Notes: a model not told the origin generated them from the letters alone. Positions 52,214 to 62,157 are shown, numbered from the stretch's first letter. The stretch: DNA of 64,000 nucleotides from Mesotoga sp. UBA6090 (GCF_002435945.1 NZ_DIXC01000057.1:1141-65140), one strand, 5' to 3'. Program-made: numbers and translations.

Positions 52214-52600
52214 CGATTCACCCCGATTATTGATATGATAGCACAATCATTACGAATAATTGAAGTTCTAAAAATCCGGAATTTAGTGAGAATCATTTAT
52301 GGGCCTTATTTATCGCTCCCAATCAGACTACAAAGTACTTTCCATTAACTCAAAAGCAATATTATGGAAAAATACTCAAACGTATTTGCCGTCTACATAT
52401 GTGCGCCTTCACTTTGTGCTGACAATTAAATCAAGTAACCAATTTTTCATCGGTTTTCAGAGCAAAACGGTCAATAATAATCAAGTGGCTAAAAACAAGT
52501 CTTTCAAAGACTTTCGTTCCAAAATCTGGACTACGGCCGCGAAAGTAATCGACACGTGTATTAAGATTGAATAGAGAATACACGCCAAGGGGGAATTGTC

Positions 52601-53398
52601 TTGAAAATACTCGTTCTTCTAAAACAGGTCCCGGACTCCGACGAAGTGAAGCTAAATTCAGAGACGGGAACAATGATAAGAGAGGGTGTTGGTACCGTTA
52701 TCAATCCTCTCGACCTGCACGCGCTGGAAACAGCGTTGAGAATCAAAGAGACTGGTAATCACTCCGTTGCGGTTGTTTCTATGGGACCACCAGCCGCAGA
52801 AGAGGCCGTGAGGGAAGCAATAGCAATGGGTGCCGACAGGGCGGTGCTGCTGACAGACCGTAAGTTCGCAGGCGCCGATACGTGGGCAACGTCTATGGCT
52901 CTAGCGAGGTTTGCAGAAAAGGAAGGTCCCTTTGACCTGATCCTGGCCGGCGAGAAGGCTACCGACGGAGAAACCGGTCAGGTGGGCCCTGAAACAGGCG
53001 CTATGCTGGGTATTCCCGTGGCTACTTATGTTTCGAGGATAGTTGAGCTAGATGAATCGGGCATAACAATCGAACGCGAAGTGGAAGATGGAAAGGAAGT
53101 ATGGAAGCTTCCCCTACCTTCACTCGTTTCGGTGACTAAAGATGTCAATGAACCCAGACTCCCCACCTTGAATGGAAAGAAACTCGCCAGAAATGCCTCA
53201 ATAGAGAGGGTCGGCAACGATTTTCTGGAATTAGATCCATCGGAGATCGGCTTGAAAGGTTCACCAACAAGAGTAGTGAGAATTGGGACCCCGAAGCTCT
53301 CGAGGAAGGTAGAGATGTACGAGGGGAGCAGTATCAGAGACGGAATAGATGAGATAAAGAAGAGATTGGTACCCTATCTGGAGGTGAACCATGAGTGA
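52601..53398 (+). CDS. etfB: electron transfer flavoprotein beta subunit
   Basis: 265 aa. TTG follows AAGGGGG. Motifs are MKILVLLKQVPD and ATDGETGQVGPETGAMLGIP. Confidence 0.9.
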   Translation: MKILVLLKQVPDSDEVKLNSETGTMIREGVGTVINPLDLHALETALRIKETGNHSVAVVSMGPPAAEEAVREAIAMGADRAVLLTDRKFAGADTWATSMALARFAEKEGPFDLILAGEKATDGETGQVGPETGAMLGIPVATYVSRIVELDESGITIEREVEDGKEVWKLPLPSLVSVTKDVNEPRLPTLNGKKLARNASIERVGNDFLELDPSEIGLKGSPTRVVRIGTPKLSRKVEMYEGSSIRDGIDEIKKRLVPYLEVNHE

Positions 53399-54389
53399 TC
53401 TCCTGGTAATCGCAGAGAGAAGAGGAAATGAAATCCACTCAAGTACATTCGAACTACTTGGAAAGGCGAGAGAATTATCCATAAAGCGGCCTCTTACGGT
53501 TTCAGTAGTTGTTCTTTCCGACAAGCCTGTCGAAGAGGATTCGGCTAACGCTCTCTTCTCAGGAGGGGCAGATCGAATCATCCTGGCAGTAGACAGAAGC
53601 TTCTCCAGATTCAATTTCGAACCATACACAAAGACTCTGGCTGCTATCGTAAGAGAGTTCGCACCGGAGATCGTTCTTGCGCCAGCCACAACTTCGGGCA
53701 GAACCTATATGCCCGGACTGGCGGCTCTCTTGAAGACTGGCCTGACGGCCGACTGCACCGGTCTAGATATAGAAGAGGAAACTGGAAACCTTCTTCAGAC
53801 GAGACCTGCTATAGGCGGCAACATAATGGCAACTATAAAGACTCCGAATCACAGGCCTCAGATGGCCACCGTGAGACCGAAGACATTCTCGGCTTTGAAG
53901 GAAGCATATCAAAGCAAAGGTGAGCTGGTTCGCTTTGACGTGACTCCGGATTTAGCCCAAACGGTAGCGAAACTCATCGAGTTCCATCCAATAGGAGAGG
54001 GGCAGAAGGGTGTTCAGGACGCCGAAGTAATAATCGCAGGAGGTATGGGACTTCGAAAGGTCGAAAACATGGAACCTGTCTACAGGCTATCAAAAATGAT
54101 TAACGGAACCATCGGCGCTTCAAGAAAGATCGTTGATTCGAAGTGGATAGGACACGAAGCTCAAGTCGGATTGAGTGGCCATACAGTTAAACCGAAGATC
54201 TACATCGCTGCGGGTATTTCGGGCGCCGTTCAGCATATTGCTGGGATGCAAACCGCAGAGTTCATCGTTGCGATAAACAGAGACAGGAACGCCGCGATTT
54301 TCAACTTCGCAGATATCGGGCTTGTTGGAGACGCGGTCGAGATTCTGAACGAACTTGCCGAGTCTCTTGAGTCGGAGGTGAAGAGATGA
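53391..54389 (+). CDS. etfA: electron transfer flavoprotein alpha subunit
   Basis: 332 aa with IAAGISGAVQHIAGM and VAINRDRNAAIF motifs. It overlaps etfB by 8 nt. Confidence 0.9.
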   Translation: MSDLLVIAERRGNEIHSSTFELLGKARELSIKRPLTVSVVVLSDKPVEEDSANALFSGGADRIILAVDRSFSRFNFEPYTKTLAAIVREFAPEIVLAPATTSGRTYMPGLAALLKTGLTADCTGLDIEEETGNLLQTRPAIGGNIMATIKTPNHRPQMATVRPKTFSALKEAYQSKGELVRFDVTPDLAQTVAKLIEFHPIGEGQKGVQDAEVIIAGGMGLRKVENMEPVYRLSKMINGTIGASRKIVDSKWIGHEAQVGLSGHTVKPKIYIAAGISGAVQHIAGMQTAEFIVAINRDRNAAIFNFADIGLVGDAVEILNELAESLESEVKR

Positions 54390-55792
54390 ATTACGGACAG
54401 CTGGACGCGGGCCTGATCGAAGAGCTACAATCAGTACTCAATATCCCCGTCAAATACGATGAGGAGTCACTGGATAGATATTCTAGAGACGAGACAGCGG
54501 AATTGAAAGCCGTGAGACCGGAGGTCGTCACATTCCCTGTAAGTACTGAGGAAGTGTCGCAGATCATGAGATTCGCAAACAGGCACTTGATTCCAGTTAC
54601 CCCAAGGGGTGCGGGAACGGGCCTTTCGGGAGGCGCAGTGCCTTCATATCGTGGAATCGTCATGAGTTTCGAGAAGATGAACAGGATTCTCGAGTTCGAC
54701 GAAGCAAACATGATGATTACGGTCGAACCGGGAGTGATAACCGGCGAAATTCAGAAACTGGCAGACAGGCATAACCTCGTTTACGGAGGTGATCCGTGCA
54801 GCAGCGAGAGTTCCTCGATCGGGGGCAACGTTGCGGAAAATGCCGGTGGAAACAAAGTGATGAAATATGGACCGACGGGATACCATGTTTACGGCCTTGA
54901 GGTTGTACTACCCTCAGGCGAGGTTACGTACTTCGGAGGGAAGAGACTGAAGGATGTCAGCGGTCTGGACTTTGTTCATCTCATGGTCGGATCTGAAGGC
55001 ACGCTCGGAATTGTCACGAAGATAACTCTGAGGCTGCTGCCAAAGCCGAAGTATTCCGTGGCACTGCTCGTACCGTACCCGAATATCGATACGGCAATTG
55101 CCGCAGTACCTGGGTTGATGAGCGGTTCGGGTGTTGTCCCTACTTCCCTGGAGTTTATGGACGGCTCGTCGATAAGGGCGGCCTGCAGCTTCCTTAATAT
55201 CGAATTCCCGTATTCCGACGCCGGCGCTCACCTGATAATTGAAGTCGAAGGTAACAGCAAGGATTCGATATTCGACGATTACGTCAAACTCGGGGAAGCC
55301 GCTATCGAAGCAGGCGGTCTTGAAGCCTTCGTGGCAGACAACCGGAATACAAGAGACAAACTATGGAAGGCCAGAAAGTCGATTGCGGAGGCATTGGCAG
55401 CAATAAGCCCCGTACACAGCATGGAAGACGTTTCCGTTCCGATGGCCAACATACCTAAGCTAATAAAGAGGTCTGAAGAGATCGCAAAGAAGCGCGGACT
55501 CGAAATGATTGCCTTTGGACACGCCGGCGACGGAAATGTCCATGTCACTTTCATAAAGGGAGACCTTCCCCAAGAAGAGTGGAACAAAAATCTCCCACTG
55601 GCCGAGAAAGAGCTCTTTGACGAAACCACAGAGTTAGGGGGCTGCATCAGCGGAGAACACGGCATAGGTATAAAGAGGAAGAAATACCTCGCATCGATCG
55701 TAGACAAAGCGCAACTTGACCTAATTCGAGGCATAAAAATGGCCTTTGATCGAAACAACATACTCAATCCAGGGAAGATCGTGGATCTTTGA
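54386..55792 (+). CDS. FAD-linked oxidase, GlcD/D-lactate dehydrogenase family
   Basis: 468 aa with an FAD_binding_4 pattern (VTPRGAGTGLSGGAVP, MMITVEPGV) and the C-terminal motifs GHAGDGNVH and GEHGIG. It overlaps etfA by 4 nt. Confidence 0.85.
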   Translation: MNYGQLDAGLIEELQSVLNIPVKYDEESLDRYSRDETAELKAVRPEVVTFPVSTEEVSQIMRFANRHLIPVTPRGAGTGLSGGAVPSYRGIVMSFEKMNRILEFDEANMMITVEPGVITGEIQKLADRHNLVYGGDPCSSESSSIGGNVAENAGGNKVMKYGPTGYHVYGLEVVLPSGEVTYFGGKRLKDVSGLDFVHLMVGSEGTLGIVTKITLRLLPKPKYSVALLVPYPNIDTAIAAVPGLMSGSGVVPTSLEFMDGSSIRAACSFLNIEFPYSDAGAHLIIEVEGNSKDSIFDDYVKLGEAAIEAGGLEAFVADNRNTRDKLWKARKSIAEALAAISPVHSMEDVSVPMANIPKLIKRSEEIAKKRGLEMIAFGHAGDGNVHVTFIKGDLPQEEWNKNLPLAEKELFDETTELGGCISGEHGIGIKRKKYLASIVDKAQLDLIRGIKMAFDRNNILNPGKIVDL

Positions 55793-55800
55793 AAAACCGA

Positions 55801-56752
55801 CAGCCGTGGTCGGGGGTATAGCAGGTTGGGGTTGGACAGAGCAAAGAATTAGTTGCAAGTTGCAAGTTGTCAGTTGTAAGAAGAACAAGAGACCGAGAAA
55901 AAGGCGAATCTGATCAGAACGAACTTTTTTTGTCATCCTCGTGCTCCTGTTCAGGATCTGGGCTTTTGAAAGACCGTGTTGGGTTTAGCGGGTTCGTTGT
56001 AGGAAGAGCAAGAGAAACTGGTTCGCCGTTGAACGGTTCTCCGTTCTCCGAAAAAAGCCGCTTGCCGCTCGATAAGAGACGCTGAACGCTGGAAAGAGCA
56101 TAGGATCAGTTGCAAGTTGTCAGTTGTAAGAAGAACAAGAGACCGAGAAAAAGGCGAATCTGATCAGAACGAACTTATTTTGTCACTGAAGTGCTCCTGT
56201 TCAGGATCTGAGCTTTTGAAAGACCGGGGTTGGGGATAGCGGGTTGGTGGCATCAAGATCAGAAGTGATGCTGCCTCCGGCAGGAAGTGAGGCTACAACA
56301 ATACACAAGACGCAAGGCTGGCGAAGAACATGCCAGGTCGCAATGCCCGCTTCGCGGGGAAAGAGCCGCTTGGATAAGAAACGCTGAAGGCTGTACGCTG
56401 GAAAAAACGCTTCTTCGCACTTTGTGTCAAAGTTCTTCGTTAAGGACCACGAGATAAGGAGACAGGGCGAGACGGTGCTCTCGCCCTCTTGGTGAGCGCA
56501 GCAAAATCTCGACAATGCTCTTTCTCGACTCGTCTTATTGAAGGACCGAGATGCTAAAACAAGTTCAGAATGCATGAGAGACGCGGAATCCTTGATGAAG
56601 AACCAAGAACCTGGACGCGTAGCGTCGGAACGAAGAACCGTTCTTTGACGATTTTTTATTCTTGGGCTTGCAACTTGGAACAGGCAACTTGCAACTGTTC
56701 TTCGAAGGACGGGTCCATGATCTTGGACGGTTAACGGAAAACGGCTCTTCAC
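55801..56752 (+). repeat. modular intergenic repeat, locus C (partial unit, two tandem L-array/M1 units, divergent filler, R-array/M3)
   Basis: Heptad arrays lie at 55851-55878, 56108-56128 and 56669-56696. Bases 55865-55925 are identical to 56115-56175. Bases 56664-56725 nearly match 38329-38390. Confidence 0.85.
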
Positions 56753-56920
56753 AGCGATCGCGTTTTTTCTTTCCGCGGAGCGAAACTGGTTTCATGAAGT
56801 GCGACTGGCCTCTGCCAAGGGCAGAGACTGGCCACCGAAGGTGACTGGCTATAATCGAATCGATTTATAATTGATTCATACTGTATATAGAACAGACTAT
56901 AGAACAAAATGGAGGTCCTT

Positions 56921-57550
56921 ATGGATTTGAGAAAAGAGCTGGTCCTTTTTGCGAGGCTGGCGTGGGACAGAAAACTTACCGAGAGTACCGGCGGAAACAT
57001 GAGCGTTAGAATTGGAGACCATTTTGTGATTACCCCCACAACAATGGTAAAGCACTTTCTGACGAAAGAGGATCTTGTCGAGGTAGATCTGACTGGAAGG
57101 AAAGTTAGCGGAAGTCGCGAGCCCTCATCCGAGTACAGGATGCATTTGAAGATTTACAGAGAGTGTGAAGACGTGGTTTCCGTCTTCCACGCCCATCCCG
57201 TTTACGCAACCACTATGGCAGTCCAGCAGAAGAAGTTTCCTGTAAATGTTCTTCCTGAAACTGCGCTCATGCTGGCACCGATAACCTATCTTCCGTACAG
57301 AATGCCCGGCACGGATGATTTCGCGGAGATATTCGACGAGGGCCTGAAGTTAGGCTCAAGAACCTTCGTTTTGAGAAACCACGGGGTTACTGTCGGCGGA
57401 AGTAGCATCGAAGAGGCTTATGCAAAACTCGAGACGCTGGAGTTTCTGGCTCAGATCACCCACTTTTCCGGTGCCGAGCCCGGTTACCTCGAAATCCCTT
57501 CCGAAGATGTGGAGAAGTTCTTGAAAAAAATAAGAAAATCGAAGGAGTAG
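56921..57550 (+). CDS. class II aldolase/adducin-domain protein (fuculose-1-P aldolase / ribulose-5-P 4-epimerase family)
   Basis: I prefer ATG 56921, 5 nt after GGAGG. Motifs are TGGNMSVR, EYRMHLKIY, VFHAHPVY and LRNHGVTVGG. Confidence 0.8.
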   Translation: MDLRKELVLFARLAWDRKLTESTGGNMSVRIGDHFVITPTTMVKHFLTKEDLVEVDLTGRKVSGSREPSSEYRMHLKIYRECEDVVSVFHAHPVYATTMAVQQKKFPVNVLPETALMLAPITYLPYRMPGTDDFAEIFDEGLKLGSRTFVLRNHGVTVGGSSIEEAYAKLETLEFLAQITHFSGAEPGYLEIPSEDVEKFLKKIRKSKE

Positions 57551-57889
57551 CCACAGGCAATATCTTGATTTTCCGAGAGAATAAACAACCTTGAACATAT
57601 GATCTCAATTGCAGGAGAAGCATAATCTCTCGAGTTGACTTCTCAAACGAAAAGAAGGAGTCTTATCTCTTTACTCGAAAACAATCCTTGTCAAAAGAAA
57701 TGATCCATTCGAAAAAATAGCCTCTGCCTTCGATAAGACTTCGCAGTTTTTGAGCCGATTTCACTTTCAACTGAAATGTTGATGTTCCAGAAGTCTTGAT
57801 TCCGAATGAAAAACGGGACTTCACATCGTAAGGCCGTCTAGTAGGTTTGTAGCTTTTCACTCTATCTTGTGTCGCTCTACTGGATAAAT

Positions 57890-57924
57890 GAAAGAGGAGG
57901 CAGTGTCATTTTGACACTGCCTCT
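57890..57924 (-). terminator. rho-independent terminator of the large binding-protein gene
   Basis: A 12-bp perfect stem, GAGGCAGTGTCA-TTT-TGACACTGCCTC (57898-57924), followed on the minus strand by CTCTTTCATTT. It lies 15 nt after the stop at 57940. Confidence 0.7.
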
Positions 57925-57939
57925 TGAACTTGAACCTTA

Positions 57940-60441
57940 TCAGTAGATTACTATCGAAGTCGAAGCAGAAGCGGGAATGGCTCCCTCCAGCTCGGCAATG
58001 GCCATGATATCGTAGGATGCTGGATCGAGATCCTCGACGGCACTTGCCGGTATCACGCACTCGAATAGTCCGGCTTCAGTCATTGCGGCTTCGAACTCCC
58101 GTGTCTCTTGTCCAACTATCAGGGATAGAGTAACCTTTCCTGTTGTGGCAGGGACTGCCTCATCTATTGGATAGGTGACTTCTGATACGTAGACATTTAC
58201 GGGAATATCGCTGCCCTTAGCCACAAAGGCAGGTGTTTCCAAGCTGTCTATCTCCATCCTTATGGCTTTCAGTTCTTCTATCCAGTATGTGTCTTCGTAT
58301 GGATAGTCGGGATCTCTGAAAGCTCTCAATTCCATGTAGTTTGAACTTGAGTCGAATTTTGACAGATAGAATGGCCCATTGCTTATATAGGCGTGGCCGT
58401 AGTTGTCAATGAATTTGATTGCCGCATCGTATCTCCCTATAACATAGGCTTCATCCACGAACTCCTTTATGTAGTTGGGAATATACTTCCTCTCTTTCAT
58501 TTCAACAAGCTTGGCTCTTACATCCTTTACACATGCCGGAGCTATGGCATCTACTTCGGTGAAGGCGGGATCCATTGTAATTGAGTAAGCAGTACCCGAT
58601 TCGCTTCCTTCAGTTACCAGTAACGACATGGCTTCCGCTATCTCCCAGGCACAGCCAACCGGATGGCCAGATGAAGAAACGCTTATACCCGGTGCTCCCC
58701 AGCTAGCAACCCTGTCCTTGCTCGCCGGGAAGTTGTAATTGAAGTAGACGGTTATTGTATTGTCCTCGTTCAGAACCCAACCTATGATAGTGTCGAGGCC
58801 GCTCTGAAGAGAAGAAGAATATGCCTGTTCGTACTGGAGATCATCGTCGCCCTCTTTGTTCGCCCACTCCATCTGGAATGCCTGAGCATAGAGGAAGTCA
58901 ACGATCGTGATAGGCTGCCCATGGTGAAGTTTGCCAAACTTAAACTCGTAGGTAGCCATGGAGATCGACTTGTTTCCTTCTCCAACTTCTAGCCAGGCTT
59001 CGTTAAACGGGCAGTAATTGATAGCATTAGCAGGTACCTCGAAATCTCCAACAACGTCTCCTTCTTCATTACGTCGAGCCTTAGTTTGAACTTCAACCGG
59101 TACCGCCCTTAGAGGTGTTGGGATAGCCGAAGCGGGGCTTTCAAACATCGCTGAATCGTAAAGGTTTTCGGCAATGTAATTCGAATAGACGCTGTCAAAA
59201 CCGTCTGTTCCTATCGGGTCCCAAGCATCCATAAAGAGAGACCCCATAGCCGAGAACTGTGTTATGAATAGCGTTCGGTCATCTGTAACGGCCGTTCTTA
59301 TCGACCATGTGTTTAGACCGTCTCCCAGCCCATAGGCAAACCTCTGTTTGAGTCTTGATTCGTTCGCGACAAAGAAGTCAAGCTGATTGACGACGTATAT
59401 CCTGACAGCTTCTTCCAGACCGAGTTCAAGACCTCTGAGAGCAAGTTCCCAGTACTCCTCTTCTGTCAAGAAGTTACCGGTGTAAGCCTTTAGTGTGACT
59501 TCATCGATCTCATCCTGTTCGTAATTCCAGAAGCCTTCCGTCATTCCGCCCGGCATGTATCCATACCAGGGAGCGTACATTTGCGCGACGATATGTTCCC
59601 AGAAGGCCCTCGTTGCACCGGCTCCCCAGCCTTCCGTATACATCTGCCAGGTAAACTCTGCCGGATCGCCTCCGTAGACAACGTTACTGCACTTAATCCT
59701 GTCCCAGTACATTCTTTCCGCCTTCAGTCCCGCCTTTTCAAGCTGGTCGGCGATGTAGTCTCCTTCCTTTAGACGACCTTGAGGATCATCTACTCTAATA
59801 GCAATCTTGATTGTTACGGGCTCATTATCGAAGTACCAGAAGCCATCTCCTTGCTTGACAAGTCTTCCGGCATTCTCCGGTAGTGCGGCTGCAGCTTGCA
59901 TAGAACTTTCTATTACTTCCAAAGCTCTCGCTTCGTTCCCCTCAGCCGTCATGCCAAACTTTGTGGCGAGAAGGTTGTACCTGTACGTTCCCGGCTGGCC
60001 AGTTGTTGCCATGGTGAACGCAGGGGTGCCAGCTCCTCCAAGGATCTCATCGACAAGATACTGCCTGTTAATCAGGTCGTTCATCGCGAACCTGATATCT
60101 CTGATGGCGAATGCGTTGAAATATTCTTTGCCTCCAACTTCAACGACATAAGGCGCTTCGTTTGGAATCGGATTCATCAGTAGCGACCACGAGCCTGATG
60201 GAACGGCATACAAATCAAGCTTGTCTCTAGTGGCCTGATCCAGTCCGAAGATCTGAGGTCCTGAAAGGCCCCACATGAAGATATCGGTCAGCCCTTCTGC
60301 AGTATCTTTCAGAGCGATCTCTTCGGACATCCTAACGTTGAAATAGACTAGATCGGGATACGGACCCTTCTGCACACCCAACACTAGTCCTCCGAGCAAT
60401 AGCACCGTAACCAACGCAACAGAAATCAGCTTTCTTCTCAC
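57940..60441 (-). CDS. unusually long (833 aa) family-5 ABC substrate-binding protein with a C-terminal Ig-like extension; no adjacent permease or ATPase
   Basis: GTG follows AAAGGAGG. It has the signal MRRKLISVALVTVLLLGGLVLG, a family-5 SBP-like body, and an extra roughly 150-aa beta-rich C-terminus. Confidence 0.75.
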   Translation of the reverse strand: MRRKLISVALVTVLLLGGLVLGVQKGPYPDLVYFNVRMSEEIALKDTAEGLTDIFMWGLSGPQIFGLDQATRDKLDLYAVPSGSWSLLMNPIPNEAPYVVEVGGKEYFNAFAIRDIRFAMNDLINRQYLVDEILGGAGTPAFTMATTGQPGTYRYNLLATKFGMTAEGNEARALEVIESSMQAAAALPENAGRLVKQGDGFWYFDNEPVTIKIAIRVDDPQGRLKEGDYIADQLEKAGLKAERMYWDRIKCSNVVYGGDPAEFTWQMYTEGWGAGATRAFWEHIVAQMYAPWYGYMPGGMTEGFWNYEQDEIDEVTLKAYTGNFLTEEEYWELALRGLELGLEEAVRIYVVNQLDFFVANESRLKQRFAYGLGDGLNTWSIRTAVTDDRTLFITQFSAMGSLFMDAWDPIGTDGFDSVYSNYIAENLYDSAMFESPASAIPTPLRAVPVEVQTKARRNEEGDVVGDFEVPANAINYCPFNEAWLEVGEGNKSISMATYEFKFGKLHHGQPITIVDFLYAQAFQMEWANKEGDDDLQYEQAYSSSLQSGLDTIIGWVLNEDNTITVYFNYNFPASKDRVASWGAPGISVSSSGHPVGCAWEIAEAMSLLVTEGSESGTAYSITMDPAFTEVDAIAPACVKDVRAKLVEMKERKYIPNYIKEFVDEAYVIGRYDAAIKFIDNYGHAYISNGPFYLSKFDSSSNYMELRAFRDPDYPYEDTYWIEELKAIRMEIDSLETPAFVAKGSDIPVNVYVSEVTYPIDEAVPATTGKVTLSLIVGQETREFEAAMTEAGLFECVIPASAVEDLDPASYDIMAIAELEGAIPASASTSIVIY

Positions 60442-60975
60442 TTTCCTTCGCCTCCTTTAGTGATTATCATTTCGAAGGAAACACGATTTCGGCTGGAGCA
60501 AGGCTGTTTCAGCTAGACACGAGAAGTAACGATTAGAAATTACTATAAAGCAAAGAATCTCTGGTAGTATTTGACTTGATGCTGAAGTAATCCATGCTTC
60601 ACGAAGAAGCTAATGTGTTTGCAAGATTATTATATTACATTCATATGCAAAATCAGAAGAACAAATAGACCCGATTTACGGTGTCTTTGCCAGATAAAAC
60701 CAGCCCCGTTATTTTGTCTTTCGATAACTCCTTTTTGTGCGAGAATACTTCATGAAATAGCTTTTCGATAACACTGAGAAGTTCATTTTCCTGCTTTAGA
60801 ACATTGCAGAAATACTTATTGTTCCTTTTTCAATGACTTGATAATCTCTCGTTATCCAGATTCTTAGTCTCAAAACCCGTAATACCAATCAATCCATCAA
60901 TATTGACCAAACTCAATTAGATCGTGCTTTCTCACCTTGATTCAACAATTAGTGCGATATGATAACACTTTCGTG

Positions 60976-62157
60976 CTACTGCCCGAAGAAAGACTTGATG
61001 AAAATTCTAACTACTTCGGCTCCCCCAATGAAGGTGCCTACGCTGCTTCCGACATTTGCAAAGACTACTATAAGAAGAATCTTTGTGACTCTGTTTTTCC
61101 AGAAGCCTTTGAAAGAGTTGACATCTTCGTTCAGATTCTCAAAGTCGGAGACCTTGGGTTTCCTCACAAGAGCCTCTACAAGGCCGGCAAACCACCCAGC
61201 AGCAAGAAGCGGATTCAATGAACTTACAGGGGCAACAAGAAACGCCGTCAGTATAGAGAGTGGGTGGCCAAGAGCTGCAATAGTCCCCAGAGCAGAAAGC
61301 GATCCGTTCCAGAGGATCCAGCTGAGAATCTGATCAAATCCGGCATCGCGATTCACTATAATCGTTGAAACAATCAAGCTGATGATCGCTATCGAGATCG
61401 TCCAGCCGATTATCTTGCCGGTCTTCTTCTTCGGGGGGATCTTGGTGAGTGCCGCAAGGTCCTGATCCTCTTTTATAGCCTCTTTCAAACCCGGGACATG
61501 TCCGGCACCAACGACTGCGACTACTTTCTTTCCGGGAGCCGTCTTGATCTTCTGGGCAAGGTACTTGTCCCTTTCGTCGATCAATGACTCCTTGAGTTGC
61601 GGGAAGGACTTCGCAAGCTCACTGAGTGCAGAGGTCAACATATCTCCCGACTTCATCTTATCGAGATCTTCTTCTGTAATCTTCTCATCGCTGAAAATTG
61701 ACAGAACCAGAGTAAAGAAGAGTTTCGTCTTTCCCCAGAAGCCAAGATTTCCCCATATTCTTGCGAAAGTAACCTGAATATCTCTATCCGCAAGAACAAG
61801 CTGCGCCCCTGTCTCTTTTGCCGACTCAATAGCCTGCAGCATCTCCTGTCCTGCCTGGATTCCTATTTGCTTTGCCATTCTCTTTTGATAAGAGGAAAGT
61901 ATAAGGTTAGCTAGCAGAAGAAAAGACTTCTTCTCCTTTACTACCTTTGCGATATCGGTCTTCTTCCATCTATCCTGATCCTGCATCGACTGATAACGGG
62001 AGATGCACAACTCTACTGCAACGGAATCGGGTTTTTCCTCTTCGATAATCGTCTTGACTTCTTCGGCGCTGTGCTTTGATACGTGAGCGGTACCGATAAT
62101 TATCAATTCTTTGTCATCAAGCATTATTCTGTGTACTGTCTCGGACAACGAAATCAC
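60976..62157 (-). CDS. TraB/GumN family protein
   Basis: 393 aa with IIIGTAHVSKHSAEEV, VAVELC, VVGAGHVPG and a C-terminal multi-TM region. Confidence 0.75.
   Translation of the reverse strand: MISLSETVHRIMLDDKELIIIGTAHVSKHSAEEVKTIIEEEKPDSVAVELCISRYQSMQDQDRWKKTDIAKVVKEKKSFLLLANLILSSYQKRMAKQIGIQAGQEMLQAIESAKETGAQLVLADRDIQVTFARIWGNLGFWGKTKLFFTLVLSIFSDEKITEEDLDKMKSGDMLTSALSELAKSFPQLKESLIDERDKYLAQKIKTAPGKKVVAVVGAGHVPGLKEAIKEDQDLAALTKIPPKKKTGKIIGWTISIAIISLIVSTIIVNRDAGFDQILSWILWNGSLSALGTIAALGHPLSILTAFLVAPVSSLNPLLAAGWFAGLVEALVRKPKVSDFENLNEDVNSFKGFWKNRVTKILLIVVFANVGSSVGTFIGGAEVVRIFIKSFFGQ

Noticed and set aside
56201-56752. 183-aa minus-strand ORF spanning most of repeat locus C.
   Set aside because: Its composition is rich in Arg, Ser, Cys and Leu, and it has no RBS. 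It runs through recognisable repeat modules that are non-coding elsewhere, and it has no recognisable motif.
57663-57860. 65-aa minus-strand ORF between the aldolase gene and the large SBP gene. A 25-aa basic ORF also lies in the 60442-60975 gap.
   Set aside because: Neither has an RBS or a recognisable motif. The 65-aa ORF lies downstream of the SBP terminator on the same strand. I treat both as non-coding.
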